From a virus (Duplodnaviria > Caudoviricetes), in IMG/VR virus record IMGVR_UViG_3300049137_000252, positions 1-41,131 of that record: 41,131 bases of DNA; one strand, given 5' to 3'. Each line of letters starts with the position of its first letter. Within the stretch, counting starts at the first letter, position 1. Made by a program: the position numbers and the translations under genes. This document shows, piece by piece, positions 15,974 to 25,143 of this stretch. The notes below the pieces were generated by a model. The model was not told the origin of the DNA. It ran no database searches and saw nothing but the letters and a program-made list of their open reading frames with translations.

Positions 15974-18766
15974 TCAGGGAGCTGAGGTGCTGCGCGCCTG
16001 GCCGAGCCGCTGCAGCAGGTCCTGCAACAGGTGGGCGCCCGCGTTGTCGGTGTTGAGCGAGCCGAAGCTCTGGCCGTTGACGTTCAGGTCCACACGGACG
16101 GTGCGCGTCGACTCCGGCTTGGGGATCGTCGACGGCTGCTGCGCCTTGCTGTTGGCGGTGCCGAAGGTGTACCCCTCGGCCGCCTTGAGCAGCGCCATGC
16201 TGAGGGTGCCGCCGTCGCCGCCGTACTTCTTCTGGCCCGGGTTGTTGAAGAAGGGAATGTCTCCCTTGGAGTCCGCAAACTCGCTCGCGATCTTGCGTGC
16301 GATCGAGTCGTCATCCACGCCCGCGGCCTTGAGGAAAGCGGCGATGCCGGTGCGCGTGCCAAGGTCCGTGCCTGCGCCGCGCATTTCCCCGCTCGTCTGC
16401 GTCGACTTCACCACCTGGTTGGGCCCGATGATGCCGAGTTGATCCTCGGGACGGAGGTACGTGCCATCAGGCAGACGGCCGCCGCGAACACCGCCCGGCG
16501 CGCCGGCGCCGCCGGCGGCGGGGCCGCCCGGACCGGCGCCGCCGGGCGCGCGTACGCCGCCGACCACCTTGCCGTAGTTTTGCGCCGCCTTGGCGGCATT
16601 GTCGAATCCGCCCGCAAGGCCCTTCAATGCGGCGGACGTCTGGACGAGTTGCAGGGTGGCGCGCCCCGCCTCATCCACCTGCACCTCGTAGCCCTTGGCG
16701 GCTGCTTGCGCGGCAACCCATGTGGGCACCACGCCGTCGTTGGCCGCAATCGCAGCGTCGGCAGCCTTCGCCCACGCCGCGGCGATGGCATCGGCGCTCG
16801 CCTGCCCGCTCTCCCGGATCAGGTCGAAATCCGCGCGGGCAGTCTCTGCGGCGATGCGCAGCGATTCCTTCGTCTGCAGGCCCATCCGCGCGAACGCCGC
16901 TTCGATGGCCTTCGCCTGCTGCTCCTGCTTCTTCGTGTTTTTCTCGGCAGCGGCGGCCGCGGCATCCGTGGCGGCCTTGAGCTTGACCATGACCTCGGCG
17001 GCACGCTGCACGTTGCCGGTGGCGATCGCCTGCGCGTACTCCGCCCGCAGCGCCTCCTGGGCGGCCGTCGCCTCCTGCGCCCTTTTGGCCTGCTCGGCAT
17101 GGGCGTTTGCGGCGATGCGGGATTTTTCCGCCACCGCAGCATTGGCCTCGGCCGTGGCCTGCAGCGTGGTGGACATCCCGGTGTAGGCCTTCTCGGCGGC
17201 CGCCGCGGCGATGGCGGATGCATCGGCCTCCGTGGTCAGCGCAGCCCAGCCGGCACGCGCCGACTCCGCACCTTCAGCGGCCCGATCGAATGCGGCGCCG
17301 GCCTGCTGGGCATACGCCTCCGTGACGCCGGCCATGCCCTGCGCCGAGTCGCGGATCTCGTCGGCAGCCTGCTTGAACGCAGCAGAGACGTTGCCGATGG
17401 TGATCTTCGAGAGGCCCTCGATGATGAGGGACACGCCGCTCAGGATGTTCGAAGTCACCCCCGCGAACGACTCGGCGATCTTGAAGATGACCCCGATGAG
17501 CACGTTGGCGCCGCCGGACATGACGCCCCAGGCGGTTTGCACGACGTCGCTGGTGGTCTTCGCCCTGCGGCTCAGGTCGTCGAGCGCCGAGCCCACCCGT
17601 TCGGCGAACGCCAACGCGCTCGACGTGGCCGCGCCGAAATCGAAGCTCGCCGCGAAGTCGCGCACCCACTTGATGGCCGCCTGGAACGCCGTGGCAATGG
17701 CGGCGCCGAACTTCGCCACCGTCCCATCGTTGACCGCTGCGCGCAGCGAGTCGGCCAGCTGCGTTGCCGCCTTCGTGAGAACGGGCAAAACGGGCGTGCC
17801 CAACGTGTTGGTCACGTACTCCCACGCACGCCCCAGGCCGCTCACCGCGCCATTCAGGTTCTCCTGCATGACCTTCGCGGTCGCTGCGGCGCTGCCCTCG
17901 GAGTCCTTGAGGGAGCGCGTGAGGTCGTCCAGCTTGCCGACGCCCTGGTTGAGCAGCGCGCGCAGCGCGGGGCCGGCTTCGGTGCCCACGGCATTGATGG
18001 CGCGACTCGCGCCTGGGCCGCCCTTCGCAAGCTCGTGCAGCGCCGTGTTGAAGTCGACCGTCGTGATGCCGGCGGCGGCGAGTTCCGTGCGGAACTTGCT
18101 GGCGGGGTCGGCGAACTGCGCCATGATGCTGTTGAGCGCGGTACCCGCGCGGCTCGCATCGATGCCGGCGTCGGCAAACTGCCCGATGATGGCGACCGTC
18201 TCTTCAAGACTCAGGCCCAGCGAGTTGGCCAGCGGCGCCGCGTAGCTGAGCGCCTGGGCGAGGCCCGTCACGCTCGTGTTCGTCGCGTTCGCACCCTTGG
18301 CGAGCACGTCGGCCACGCGCGCCGCATCAGTGAAGGAAAGCCCGAGCCCGGTGACCGCCTTGGTGATGTACTCGGCCGAGGTGGCGAGCTCGATGTCTCC
18401 TGCCGCAGCCAGGCTCATGACCGCTGGCAGGGTGCCGACCGCGTCCTTGGCGTTCAAGCCAGCCTTGGCGAGGTTTTCGAGTGCCCCCGCTGCCTCCACC
18501 GCGCTGTATTTGCCAGATGCGCCCGCATCCTCTGCTGTCTTGCGCAGCAGCTTCATCTCGTCGGCGCTGGCGCCGGTGGCGGCCTGGACCCTGCTCAGCG
18601 CGGCCTCGAGATCGCCCGCGCCCTTGATGATGCCAACGAACGCCTTGACGCCGAAGTAGCCGAGGATGGCCGCGCCCACAGCCGCGACCTTGGTCTGCAG
18701 CTTGTCGAACACCGCGGACGCGTCGTCCTTGGCGTTGATCAGGATCTGAATCGGCTTGAAGGCCAC
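15974..18766 (-). CDS. Tail tape measure protein (TP901-type core)
   Basis: 930 aa, Ala-rich; AGALENLAKAG, ADVLAKGAN, GIDASRAGTAL motifs. Confidence 0.93.
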   Translation of the reverse strand: MAFKPIQILINAKDDASAVFDKLQTKVAAVGAAILGYFGVKAFVGIIKGAGDLEAALSRVQAATGASADEMKLLRKTAEDAGASGKYSAVEAAGALENLAKAGLNAKDAVGTLPAVMSLAAAGDIELATSAEYITKAVTGLGLSFTDAARVADVLAKGANATNTSVTGLAQALSYAAPLANSLGLSLEETVAIIGQFADAGIDASRAGTALNSIMAQFADPASKFRTELAAAGITTVDFNTALHELAKGGPGASRAINAVGTEAGPALRALLNQGVGKLDDLTRSLKDSEGSAAATAKVMQENLNGAVSGLGRAWEYVTNTLGTPVLPVLTKAATQLADSLRAAVNDGTVAKFGAAIATAFQAAIKWVRDFAASFDFGAATSSALAFAERVGSALDDLSRRAKTTSDVVQTAWGVMSGGANVLIGVIFKIAESFAGVTSNILSGVSLIIEGLSKITIGNVSAAFKQAADEIRDSAQGMAGVTEAYAQQAGAAFDRAAEGAESARAGWAALTTEADASAIAAAAAEKAYTGMSTTLQATAEANAAVAEKSRIAANAHAEQAKRAQEATAAQEALRAEYAQAIATGNVQRAAEVMVKLKAATDAAAAAAEKNTKKQEQQAKAIEAAFARMGLQTKESLRIAAETARADFDLIRESGQASADAIAAAWAKAADAAIAANDGVVPTWVAAQAAAKGYEVQVDEAGRATLQLVQTSAALKGLAGGFDNAAKAAQNYGKVVGGVRAPGGAGPGGPAAGGAGAPGGVRGGRLPDGTYLRPEDQLGIIGPNQVVKSTQTSGEMRGAGTDLGTRTGIAAFLKAAGVDDDSIARKIASEFADSKGDIPFFNNPGQKKYGGDGGTLSMALLKAAEGYTFGTANSKAQQPSTIPKPESTRTVRVDLNVNGQSFGSLNTDNAGAHLLQDLLQRLGQARSTSAP

Positions 18767-18789
18767 GGGTTCACTCGTTCAATGGGACG

Positions 18790-18883
18790 GGTGCCGGCGG
18801 CACCGACGATGGCGGCGCATGAAGCCTCACGAGGAAGCACCATGCGTCGCCACTGCCCGCCGCCGCAAAGGCGGCAGACGGGC
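18790..18883. other. Three consecutive hairpins between the major tail and tape measure genes
   Basis: GGTGCC-GGC-GGCACC; GGCGGCGCATG...CATGCGTCGCC; GCCGCC-GCAAA-GGCGGC with outer GCCCG/CGGGC. Confidence 0.55.
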
Positions 18884-18891
18884 GCGTGGAC

Positions 18892-19680
18892 TTAGGCAGC
18901 GACCGGTCGGCCGTCTGCGTAGATCGCCTCCGCGTTGGCCGACTTGAGCACCTCGAGGCCGAACTGCATCTGCACGAACTCGGTGCCCTCGGCGATGATG
19001 GGCAGGTCACCCGTGGGGGTCAGCGTCACCTTCGGCATGAAGAAGTCGCGATTGGCGCCGGAGGCGTTGTCCGCCACGATTCGCAGCGCGCCTTGCGTCT
19101 CGGCGGTGGCGCCCGAACGCACCGTCTCGTAGCTGCCCGCGACCGGCGTGTAGCCGAACTGGACGTTGCCGGCGGGGATCGATCCGCTGGCGAGGATCTG
19201 CACGCGCCCCGTTTCGAGATCGACGTTGTAATCCGTGCCGGCGGCGTACGGCGTGGCACCGTCGGCCGTCTCTACCGTTACTTCGGTGACAGCACGGACG
19301 CCGAGCGGATTTCCCGTGGTGGCGCCCAATTGGTAGAAGCGGCCCTTGACCACCGAGCGAATTTCGCCAGTGACTGGTGTGTTTTCTTGCTCCACAGTGG
19401 CGCGGGTTCCCGACAGCCATAGCGCAAAGTTAGCCGAGCTGAAGTTGTCGCAGTTCAGCGAGCCGGTGCGATTGACCTCAACAATGAGCGATTCGTCCTT
19501 CTCGCGCAGGCCCTTTTCCGAACTGAAGTGTTCGGCCTTGGTGGTCTCGATCGAGAGGTTCACGCCGGGGCAGTTGCCCATGGCGATTTCGCCCGTGAGG
19601 TTTCCGTTGGCGTCGAAGGGATCGAAGAACACGCGGCCGCGCGGGATTGCATATTCGTTCTTTGCGTAGATCAGGGGCAT
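18892..19680 (-). CDS. Major tail (tube) protein
   Basis: Y.IPRGRVFF...MGNCPG..LSIE...EHFSS..GLR.KD; position before the tape measure gene; GGAG RBS. Confidence 0.85.
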   Translation of the reverse strand: MPLIYAKNEYAIPRGRVFFDPFDANGNLTGEIAMGNCPGVNLSIETTKAEHFSSEKGLREKDESLIVEVNRTGSLNCDNFSSANFALWLSGTRATVEQENTPVTGEIRSVVKGRFYQLGATTGNPLGVRAVTEVTVETADGATPYAAGTDYNVDLETGRVQILASGSIPAGNVQFGYTPVAGSYETVRSGATAETQGALRIVADNASGANRDFFMPKVTLTPTGDLPIIAEGTEFVQMQFGLEVLKSANAEAIYADGRPVAA

Positions 19681-19705
19681 GTTGAAGCTCCAGAAAAATC
19701 GAGGA

Positions 19706-20119
19706 TCACTCGTGCCCGTCGTAGCGGGCCTGAGTGGTGAAAGTGAGGTCGACGCCGACAAGGCCGTCTTCGGGGTACTGCGGTGGCATCACCTGCAGCA
19801 GGCGCAGGCGCTCCCAGCGTCGCCCGCCAACCTCGCCCGCCGGCGCCCAGTTGTGCAGCGACGCCATCGAGGCCGCGAAGGCTGAGTCGACCAACGCCAC
19901 AGCCTGGTCGCCGCGCTTAGCGATCAACGTCACACGCCAAGCGAACTGGACCGCGGCGGCGCCTGCCTTGCTGTCCGCCACGTTGCCGTCGACGAACGAG
20001 ACTGAGGCCAGCGGCCATGCGTCACGGCGGCCGGCATCGCTCGCGAAGCCCATGACCTTCCAGGCTTCGGCCAAGCCGCTGCGCAGCTGGTCGACGATGA
20101 CGGGTTCCAGTGCGAGCAT
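19706..20119 (-). CDS. Tail terminator-like protein
   Basis: Size and position between the head-tail joining and tail tube genes. Confidence 0.65.
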   Translation of the reverse strand: MLALEPVIVDQLRSGLAEAWKVMGFASDAGRRDAWPLASVSFVDGNVADSKAGAAAVQFAWRVTLIAKRGDQAVALVDSAFAASMASLHNWAPAGEVGGRRWERLRLLQVMPPQYPEDGLVGVDLTFTTQARYDGHE

Positions 20120-20121
20120 GG

Positions 20122-20418
20122 TCAGGCCGTCCCGAGCACTACGCGGATAAAGCCAGAGCCGTCAGGCTCGGCGGTGATCACCTCGTAGGCGACACCGCCA
20201 ATGCTCAAAGCGTCGCCGCGTTCGAGCGCGCCGAGGCCGTCCGCCGGGCCGGTGCACTCCGGCGCTGCGGCGTCGGCCTCGCCGCCGAACGGTCCCGCAT
20301 AGGGCTTCTCGAAGATCACCGGCACATCCACGCCGCCAACCACCGCCACTGCATTGCAGAGGCGGCCAAGCACCGCCGCGTTGGCGCGGGCTTCGGTGGC
20401 AGCGAATGGTGCGAGCAT
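20122..20418 (-). CDS. Head-tail joining protein (gpFII-like)
   Basis: GDALSIGGVAYEV...EPDGSG motif; position. Confidence 0.75.
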   Translation of the reverse strand: MLAPFAATEARANAAVLGRLCNAVAVVGGVDVPVIFEKPYAGPFGGEADAAAPECTGPADGLGALERGDALSIGGVAYEVITAEPDGSGFIRVVLGTA

Positions 20419-20435
20419 CGGCGGGGTGCCTGCGC

Positions 20436-20768
20436 TTAGACGCTGACGCCGTTCAGGCGAACGCGGGCAACGGTCTCGCCGTTGGCTTTCGCATTGACGA
20501 ACACGCCGATGAGCGAGTTGTCGGTCGCGGTGCCCGTCACGTTCTTCGCCGTGTCGTCCCAGTAGGCTTTCGCACCCACTGCACCCGTGGCAGCCGTGGC
20601 CGCGGTCAGATCGAAGACGCCGGTCGTCTTCATTTCGCCCTGGGCGCCCGAAGCGTAGCTGCCCGACGACACGCCGAACAGCGAACCGACCAGCACGCCG
20701 GCGCCGGACGCGATGGCGGCCGCCGCGATGAAGGTGATCATGTCACCGGGTTGAACGTAGTTCTTCAT
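20436..20768 (-). CDS. DUF2190-family capsid-associated protein
   Basis: MKNYVQPGD...GVLVGSLFGV...TGVFDL...YWD signature. Confidence 0.85.
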   Translation of the reverse strand: MKNYVQPGDMITFIAAAAIASGAGVLVGSLFGVSSGSYASGAQGEMKTTGVFDLTAATAATGAVGAKAYWDDTAKNVTGTATDNSLIGVFVNAKANGETVARVRLNGVSV

Positions 20769-20802
20769 GGTTCAGGTTTCCTATTGCCGGTGGTTGTGGG
20801 AA

Positions 20803-22824
20803 TCAGGCGCCGTTCGCCTTGACCAGGCCGCGGTGCTCAAGCGCCTTGGCTGCGAAGTCGAGGCGGGCCTTGATCTCGGTGCCGTCGACTTCGAAGCCCT
20901 CGCGCGTCTCAGTGACAGGGCCGTCGGCGCCGTCCAGATAGGCGAACTCGACGGTGTCGACGACCGCGTTCTCGGCAGCGAGGTACCAGGCCGTGGCGCT
21001 GGTCTTGTCCAGTTCGGGGTCGACCACCACGGTGAGCGCGCTGCGGCCGCCTGCGGCGAACTCGTTGATGCCGGCCTGGGATGTCGGCACGTAGGCGTTG
21101 CTGGTGAGCTGGTACGCGAGGGTTTCGAGCGCCGAAGGCACGATGAGGTACTTCGGGGCCAGATTCAACGACTCGCCGGCCTGGCCCGTTTGCTTGCGCA
21201 TCTTGGCGCGGCCAGCGGTCAGCCCGTCGAGCGACAGCGCGGAGCCGGCGCCGGTCAGCAGGTTGTTGTGGTCTGCGTGGAACAGGGCCTTGCCATCCGA
21301 CATCAGCGGGTTGCCCGCCAGCTGCGCATAGACCAGCGTGTTTTCCAGCCGCTTGGCGCTGGAGCCGAACATGCCGATCAGGCGGTCGAAGCCGCGCAGG
21401 TCATCGTTGATGATCGCTTGCCGGGTCATCGCAACGATCCGGCCGTAGGTCGCGAGCTGGTAGGTCTCGCTGCCGTCGCCGAAGGTGCCGTACTTGAACT
21501 CGCCGTGCTCGTTCACCTTCAGGAGTTCGGGACCGGCGCCCATGCTCACCACCTGCACGGGCTTGAAGTCCGACAGGTTCGGGCCTCGGCGGGCCCAGAC
21601 GGTGTAGGTCGCGGGGAACGCGCTGTAGACGGCGCTCAGGCGGCGCGATGCCACGTTGGTGAACAGCGCGCCGAAGTCGCTGGTGGTGTGCATGCCAGCG
21701 GCGCGAACCTGCAGCATCTGGCGCGCGATGTTCATCTTGTCCATACCGCGCGTGCTCACGCCGCTGCGCTCCAGATGCTCGCGGCCCATCTCCACCAGCG
21801 TCAGGTGGCGGAACTGCCGACCGATGTCGGTCAGCTTGAAGGCCGGGTCCAGGCGCGAGAACAGCGCGTCTTCCATCCCGCGAATGCGCGTCTCGGTCTC
21901 GTCGTTGACGGTGACGATACGCGCGTTCTGCTGACCACCCGAAGCGGCATCGCGTACGGCGATGGCGTTGAGAATCGCGTCCTTGGCGGCGGGCACGTCC
22001 GCACCGGCGCGGATGAGCTGCGCGGCCATGTGCGGCACGGCATGTCGCGTGCACAGGTCGCTGATGTCGGCGGCACGCTGGGCGATGTCGTCGCTACCAC
22101 GGACGGCGGCAGGTGCAGCGGCGGGCGCAGCGGCAGGAGCCGGCGCGGGTGCGGCGGCGCCAGTCGGTTGACCCGCGCCTTGGTTTTCTTCGTCCATAAG
22201 GTTTTCCTTGGAGAGGGATGCGGCCTTGCCGCGGGTGATGAATTCGCAGGGTTCGGTGCGCGGCGCGCCGGGCTCGCCGGCGGACCGTGTCGACGCGCCG
22301 GGGTCAGCTGGCACGCTCACGAAAGAAAGTTCTTGCGGCATCCAGCGCGTGGCGGTCCACAGCGGCAAGGCGCCGTCTTCAGGCTCGTCGTCCACGAGGT
22401 AGCGCTGCACCGAATAGCCGACGCTGATGGCGCGCAGCACTCCGGCCTTGATGTCGGCGACGGTGCCGGCCTTGGCTGGGTCCGACGACAGGCGCAGCGT
22501 GGCGCGCGCCTCGTCGCCCTCGACCCACGCGCGCACCACGACGCCGAGCACGCTTCGCACCCCGCTGTACATGTCATGGTTATCGAGCACCTGCACCACA
22601 CCGGCGTCGACGCGCGTGAGGTCGATCGCGGCGGCGCTCACCTCCAGCTGTTCCTCGTAGCGCTGGCCGGTAGACCAGTCGCGGCGCGCTACACGCGCGC
22701 CGGCCGAGAACACCACGTCGACGGTGTTCTCGGCTTCGTTGAACGTGGACGGCACCAGCGCGGCGGCGCGGACCTGGGCGGGCACGTCCTTGTTGCTGGC
22801 CTTGCGTGTGTGGAGTTGCGGCAT
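20803..22824 (-). CDS. Prohead protease-major capsid protein fusion
   Basis: Protease motifs (LDNH, ISVGY, ELSFVSVPADPGA) followed by capsid motifs (HTTSDF, TRQAIINDDL, FAYLDG). Confidence 0.92.
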   Translation of the reverse strand: MPQLHTRKASNKDVPAQVRAAALVPSTFNEAENTVDVVFSAGARVARRDWSTGQRYEEQLEVSAAAIDLTRVDAGVVQVLDNHDMYSGVRSVLGVVVRAWVEGDEARATLRLSSDPAKAGTVADIKAGVLRAISVGYSVQRYLVDDEPEDGALPLWTATRWMPQELSFVSVPADPGASTRSAGEPGAPRTEPCEFITRGKAASLSKENLMDEENQGAGQPTGAAAPAPAPAAAPAAAPAAVRGSDDIAQRAADISDLCTRHAVPHMAAQLIRAGADVPAAKDAILNAIAVRDAASGGQQNARIVTVNDETETRIRGMEDALFSRLDPAFKLTDIGRQFRHLTLVEMGREHLERSGVSTRGMDKMNIARQMLQVRAAGMHTTSDFGALFTNVASRRLSAVYSAFPATYTVWARRGPNLSDFKPVQVVSMGAGPELLKVNEHGEFKYGTFGDGSETYQLATYGRIVAMTRQAIINDDLRGFDRLIGMFGSSAKRLENTLVYAQLAGNPLMSDGKALFHADHNNLLTGAGSALSLDGLTAGRAKMRKQTGQAGESLNLAPKYLIVPSALETLAYQLTSNAYVPTSQAGINEFAAGGRSALTVVVDPELDKTSATAWYLAAENAVVDTVEFAYLDGADGPVTETREGFEVDGTEIKARLDFAAKALEHRGLVKANGA

Positions 22825-22832
22825 AGGCACCC

Positions 22833-22876
22833 AATGTGCCAAGGCCGCTGTCTCAAATTAAGGCAAAAAGTGAGAC
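22833..22876 (-). promoter_or_regulatory. Late promoter with GTCTCA-N15-TGAGAC activator site (capsid gene)
   Basis: Near-identical copy at 24696-24722; weak -10 (CACATT) at the same offset. Confidence 0.7.
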
Positions 22877-22881
22877 GATTT

Positions 22882-24429
22882 TCAGGTGGCAGCCTTCGCC
22901 GCTTTCTTCTCGCGAGCGGACTTGTCCGAGGGCGCTTCTTCCGGCGGAGGCGCCGCAACGGAAGGTGCCACTGCGCGCCATCCGCCCAGGACATCGAGCA
23001 CGCCGAGGTCGCGCAGCTTCTCGATGTCGCTGGCGAGTTCCTTGTACACGTCGTCGGGGTTGTAGCCACGCTGGCGAAGCTTCTCGCTGATGCTCGAAAG
23101 CCCGCCGGAGATCTCGGCCAGGTCGGCGTTCACATCCTTCGAGGGATCGACATACGACCACTTCGGTGTGGAGTGGTAGAAAAGATATGACGCCCGCGGC
23201 ACGATGTCCGCCAGCGTCGCCGCATCCTCGAAGGCGCGGCACACGCGATCGCACAGGTTCGGAGCCAGCAGGCTCCACTGCTCGACTTCGGCTTCGCGGC
23301 GGAAGTCCAGCATCCGCACGCGCGCGCTGCTGAAGTTCACCTCGGACACGTCGCCGGTCATCATTTCGTAGGTCACGCCAAAGCCTGCGGCGATGAGATG
23401 CAGCTGGTGCTTGACGTACTCGACGTAGCCCGGCATTGCCTGCGGCTGCACCACCGTGAAGTTGGTGCCGATGGGCATGTTCATGATGCCGCCGCTGCCG
23501 AGCGCGCCGAGGGTCTCACCTGTGCGCGGCAGCGCGCCCTGCGCGCCCTGCACGCTGCCAGGCAGTGTCATTTCGCCCTGGGCGGCCAGCAGTTCGATGC
23601 TCCCGGAGCCGAGCACACTGATGCGCGCTTCGAGATTCTTTCGGTTGAGCTCGGCGTCTTCGTAGAGCTGCAGGTCGCGCACTCGGGCGATGACCGGCGC
23701 GATGCGCGGGAAGCCGCGGCCCTGCCCCGCCCTGTCCGGCGTGAACAGGTGGATGATGTACTGCGCATCGATGCGGCGGCTGATGTAGCCGGCGCGCGCG
23801 AGGCGCACCACGTCGCCGGGATGCTGGTCGAACAGCCAGTACGCTGCGACCCGGCCGAGCGGGTCATATTCGATGCCGTTCACGATGCGGCCCCCGGTCG
23901 GCAGTTCGGTGCATTTGTCCGAATCCAGGAAGTCGATCTCCAGCAGCTGCAACTGCAGCGGCACGGTCAAGCCATCGCTCTTGAGCCGCGGGCGCAGCCG
24001 CACGATGACTTCGCCGTCCTGTTGCATGGCCCGGTATGCCGCGGCCTGCATGCCGTAGTAGTTCGTGCGGCCGTCGGCGTCGCATTCCTTCACCCACTTG
24101 GCCCAGGCCGAATTCAGCTTGTCGGCTGTGCGAGCGTCTGCCCACGTCGGCGTGATGCCGACGCCCACGACGTTGGCGACCAGCGAGCGGAGACCCTGGG
24201 CGATGTAGGGCACGTTCTGAACCAATGCTCGCGAGCGGATTCGAAGCTCGCGGCCGTCGCGCGCATGGTCGGCGTTCGCCGATGCGCCCGCCCGCTGGGG
24301 GACCCAGCCGTCGGCACGGCTCGCGCCTTCGTAGGCACGCGTCAGCATCTGCCGCTGGACCTGCCGGCGAAGGCCATTGCCTGGACTGAAGTAGCCCACG
24401 ATGCGATCAATGATGTTGCGGCGTGCCAC
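22882..24429 (-). CDS. Portal protein, lambda family
   Basis: RAYEGA, LQLQLLEIDFLD, NGIEYD..GR..AYW, GQGRGFP, TGDVSEVNFSSAR; GTG start inferred. Confidence 0.93.
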   Translation of the reverse strand: MARRNIIDRIVGYFSPGNGLRRQVQRQMLTRAYEGASRADGWVPQRAGASANADHARDGRELRIRSRALVQNVPYIAQGLRSLVANVVGVGITPTWADARTADKLNSAWAKWVKECDADGRTNYYGMQAAAYRAMQQDGEVIVRLRPRLKSDGLTVPLQLQLLEIDFLDSDKCTELPTGGRIVNGIEYDPLGRVAAYWLFDQHPGDVVRLARAGYISRRIDAQYIIHLFTPDRAGQGRGFPRIAPVIARVRDLQLYEDAELNRKNLEARISVLGSGSIELLAAQGEMTLPGSVQGAQGALPRTGETLGALGSGGIMNMPIGTNFTVVQPQAMPGYVEYVKHQLHLIAAGFGVTYEMMTGDVSEVNFSSARVRMLDFRREAEVEQWSLLAPNLCDRVCRAFEDAATLADIVPRASYLFYHSTPKWSYVDPSKDVNADLAEISGGLSSISEKLRQRGYNPDDVYKELASDIEKLRDLGVLDVLGGWRAVAPSVAAPPPEEAPSDKSAREKKAAKAAT

Positions 24430-24431
24430 GG

Positions 24432-24644
24432 TCAGAAGCCCCGCATGGTCGTGAAGGTGAAGCGACGCTGTCCGCCCGCCGCGTTCAGCGTTCCCGCAGC
24501 CAGCTCCTGGCGGGCTACGAGGATCGCTTCCCACAGTTGCTTCATGTCCTGGTAGACGACGGTGCGACCGTTGAAGCTGACGGACTTCTGGCCGCTGTAA
24601 TAGACGGACTCCATCTGCTTGAGTTCGTCGGTGGTGATAGCCAT
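24432..24644 (-). CDS. gpW-like head-tail adaptor
   Basis: SGQKSVSFNGRTVVYQ; small gene directly before portal; AGGAG RBS. Confidence 0.8.
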   Translation of the reverse strand: MAITTDELKQMESVYYSGQKSVSFNGRTVVYQDMKQLWEAILVARQELAAGTLNAAGGQRRFTFTTMRGF

Positions 24645-24678
24645 GGGTGCTCCTGTCTGCATTGGCGGTAGGCTGCCA

Positions 24679-24722
24679 ACGCTACCGGCGCGACTGTCTC
24701 AAGTTAAGGCAAAAGATGAGAC
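24679..24722 (-). promoter_or_regulatory. Late promoter with GTCTCA-N15-TGAGAC activator site (gpW/portal)
   Basis: CTGTCTCAAGTTAAGGCAAAAGATGAGACG repeats the 22848 motif; -10 TAGCGT. Confidence 0.7.
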
Positions 24723-24726
24723 GGTT

Positions 24727-25143
24727 TCACGTGGAGCCGTCACGCCGCGGCGCCTGCTTCAGCAGTCGGTAGACCGTGGCTCGGCTGATGTTCAGGCTGC
24801 GGGCGACCTCTGACGCGTTGCGGCCATTGAAAAGCGACAGCACCTGGTGCGCGAGCGCCCCGCTTGCGCGGCGGGAGATGTACACGCGATCGCCGCCCAG
24901 GTGTTCGCGCACCGCGCGCTTCGCCTTCGCGAACTGCGGCCCTGCCAAGTGCGGAAACTCGCGCAGCAGGTAGGTGAAGACGTGGTCGACGAAGTCCACC
25001 TCGGCGAGTGGGGAGCCGGCGGGGGCTGGGGAGGACTCGGCGGCCGGGGCGCCGGCTGCGCCCTCACCAACGCCGGCCGAGCCCAAGGGGAGCAGGTCGG
25101 GCTGCGATGCGGCCTCGTTCGGCTGTGACGGGTTGAGGTTCAT
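24727..25143 (-). CDS. Mor/C-like transcription activator with C-terminal HTH
   Basis: HLGGDRVYI...FNGRNASEVARSLNISRATVYRLLK. Confidence 0.82.
   Translation of the reverse strand: MNLNPSQPNEAASQPDLLPLGSAGVGEGAAGAPAAESSPAPAGSPLAEVDFVDHVFTYLLREFPHLAGPQFAKAKRAVREHLGGDRVYISRRASGALAHQVLSLFNGRNASEVARSLNISRATVYRLLKQAPRRDGST

Noticed and set aside
16470-16570. Very GC-rich repeat-like stretch
   Set aside because: Encodes a Gly/Pro/Ala linker in the tape measure protein; not a separate element.
16031-18895. 954-aa plus-strand ORF (likewise 14448-16442, 20767-23190, 25499-27094, 28847-31363)
   Set aside because: Antisense shadows of well-supported GC-rich phage genes; no recognisable motifs.
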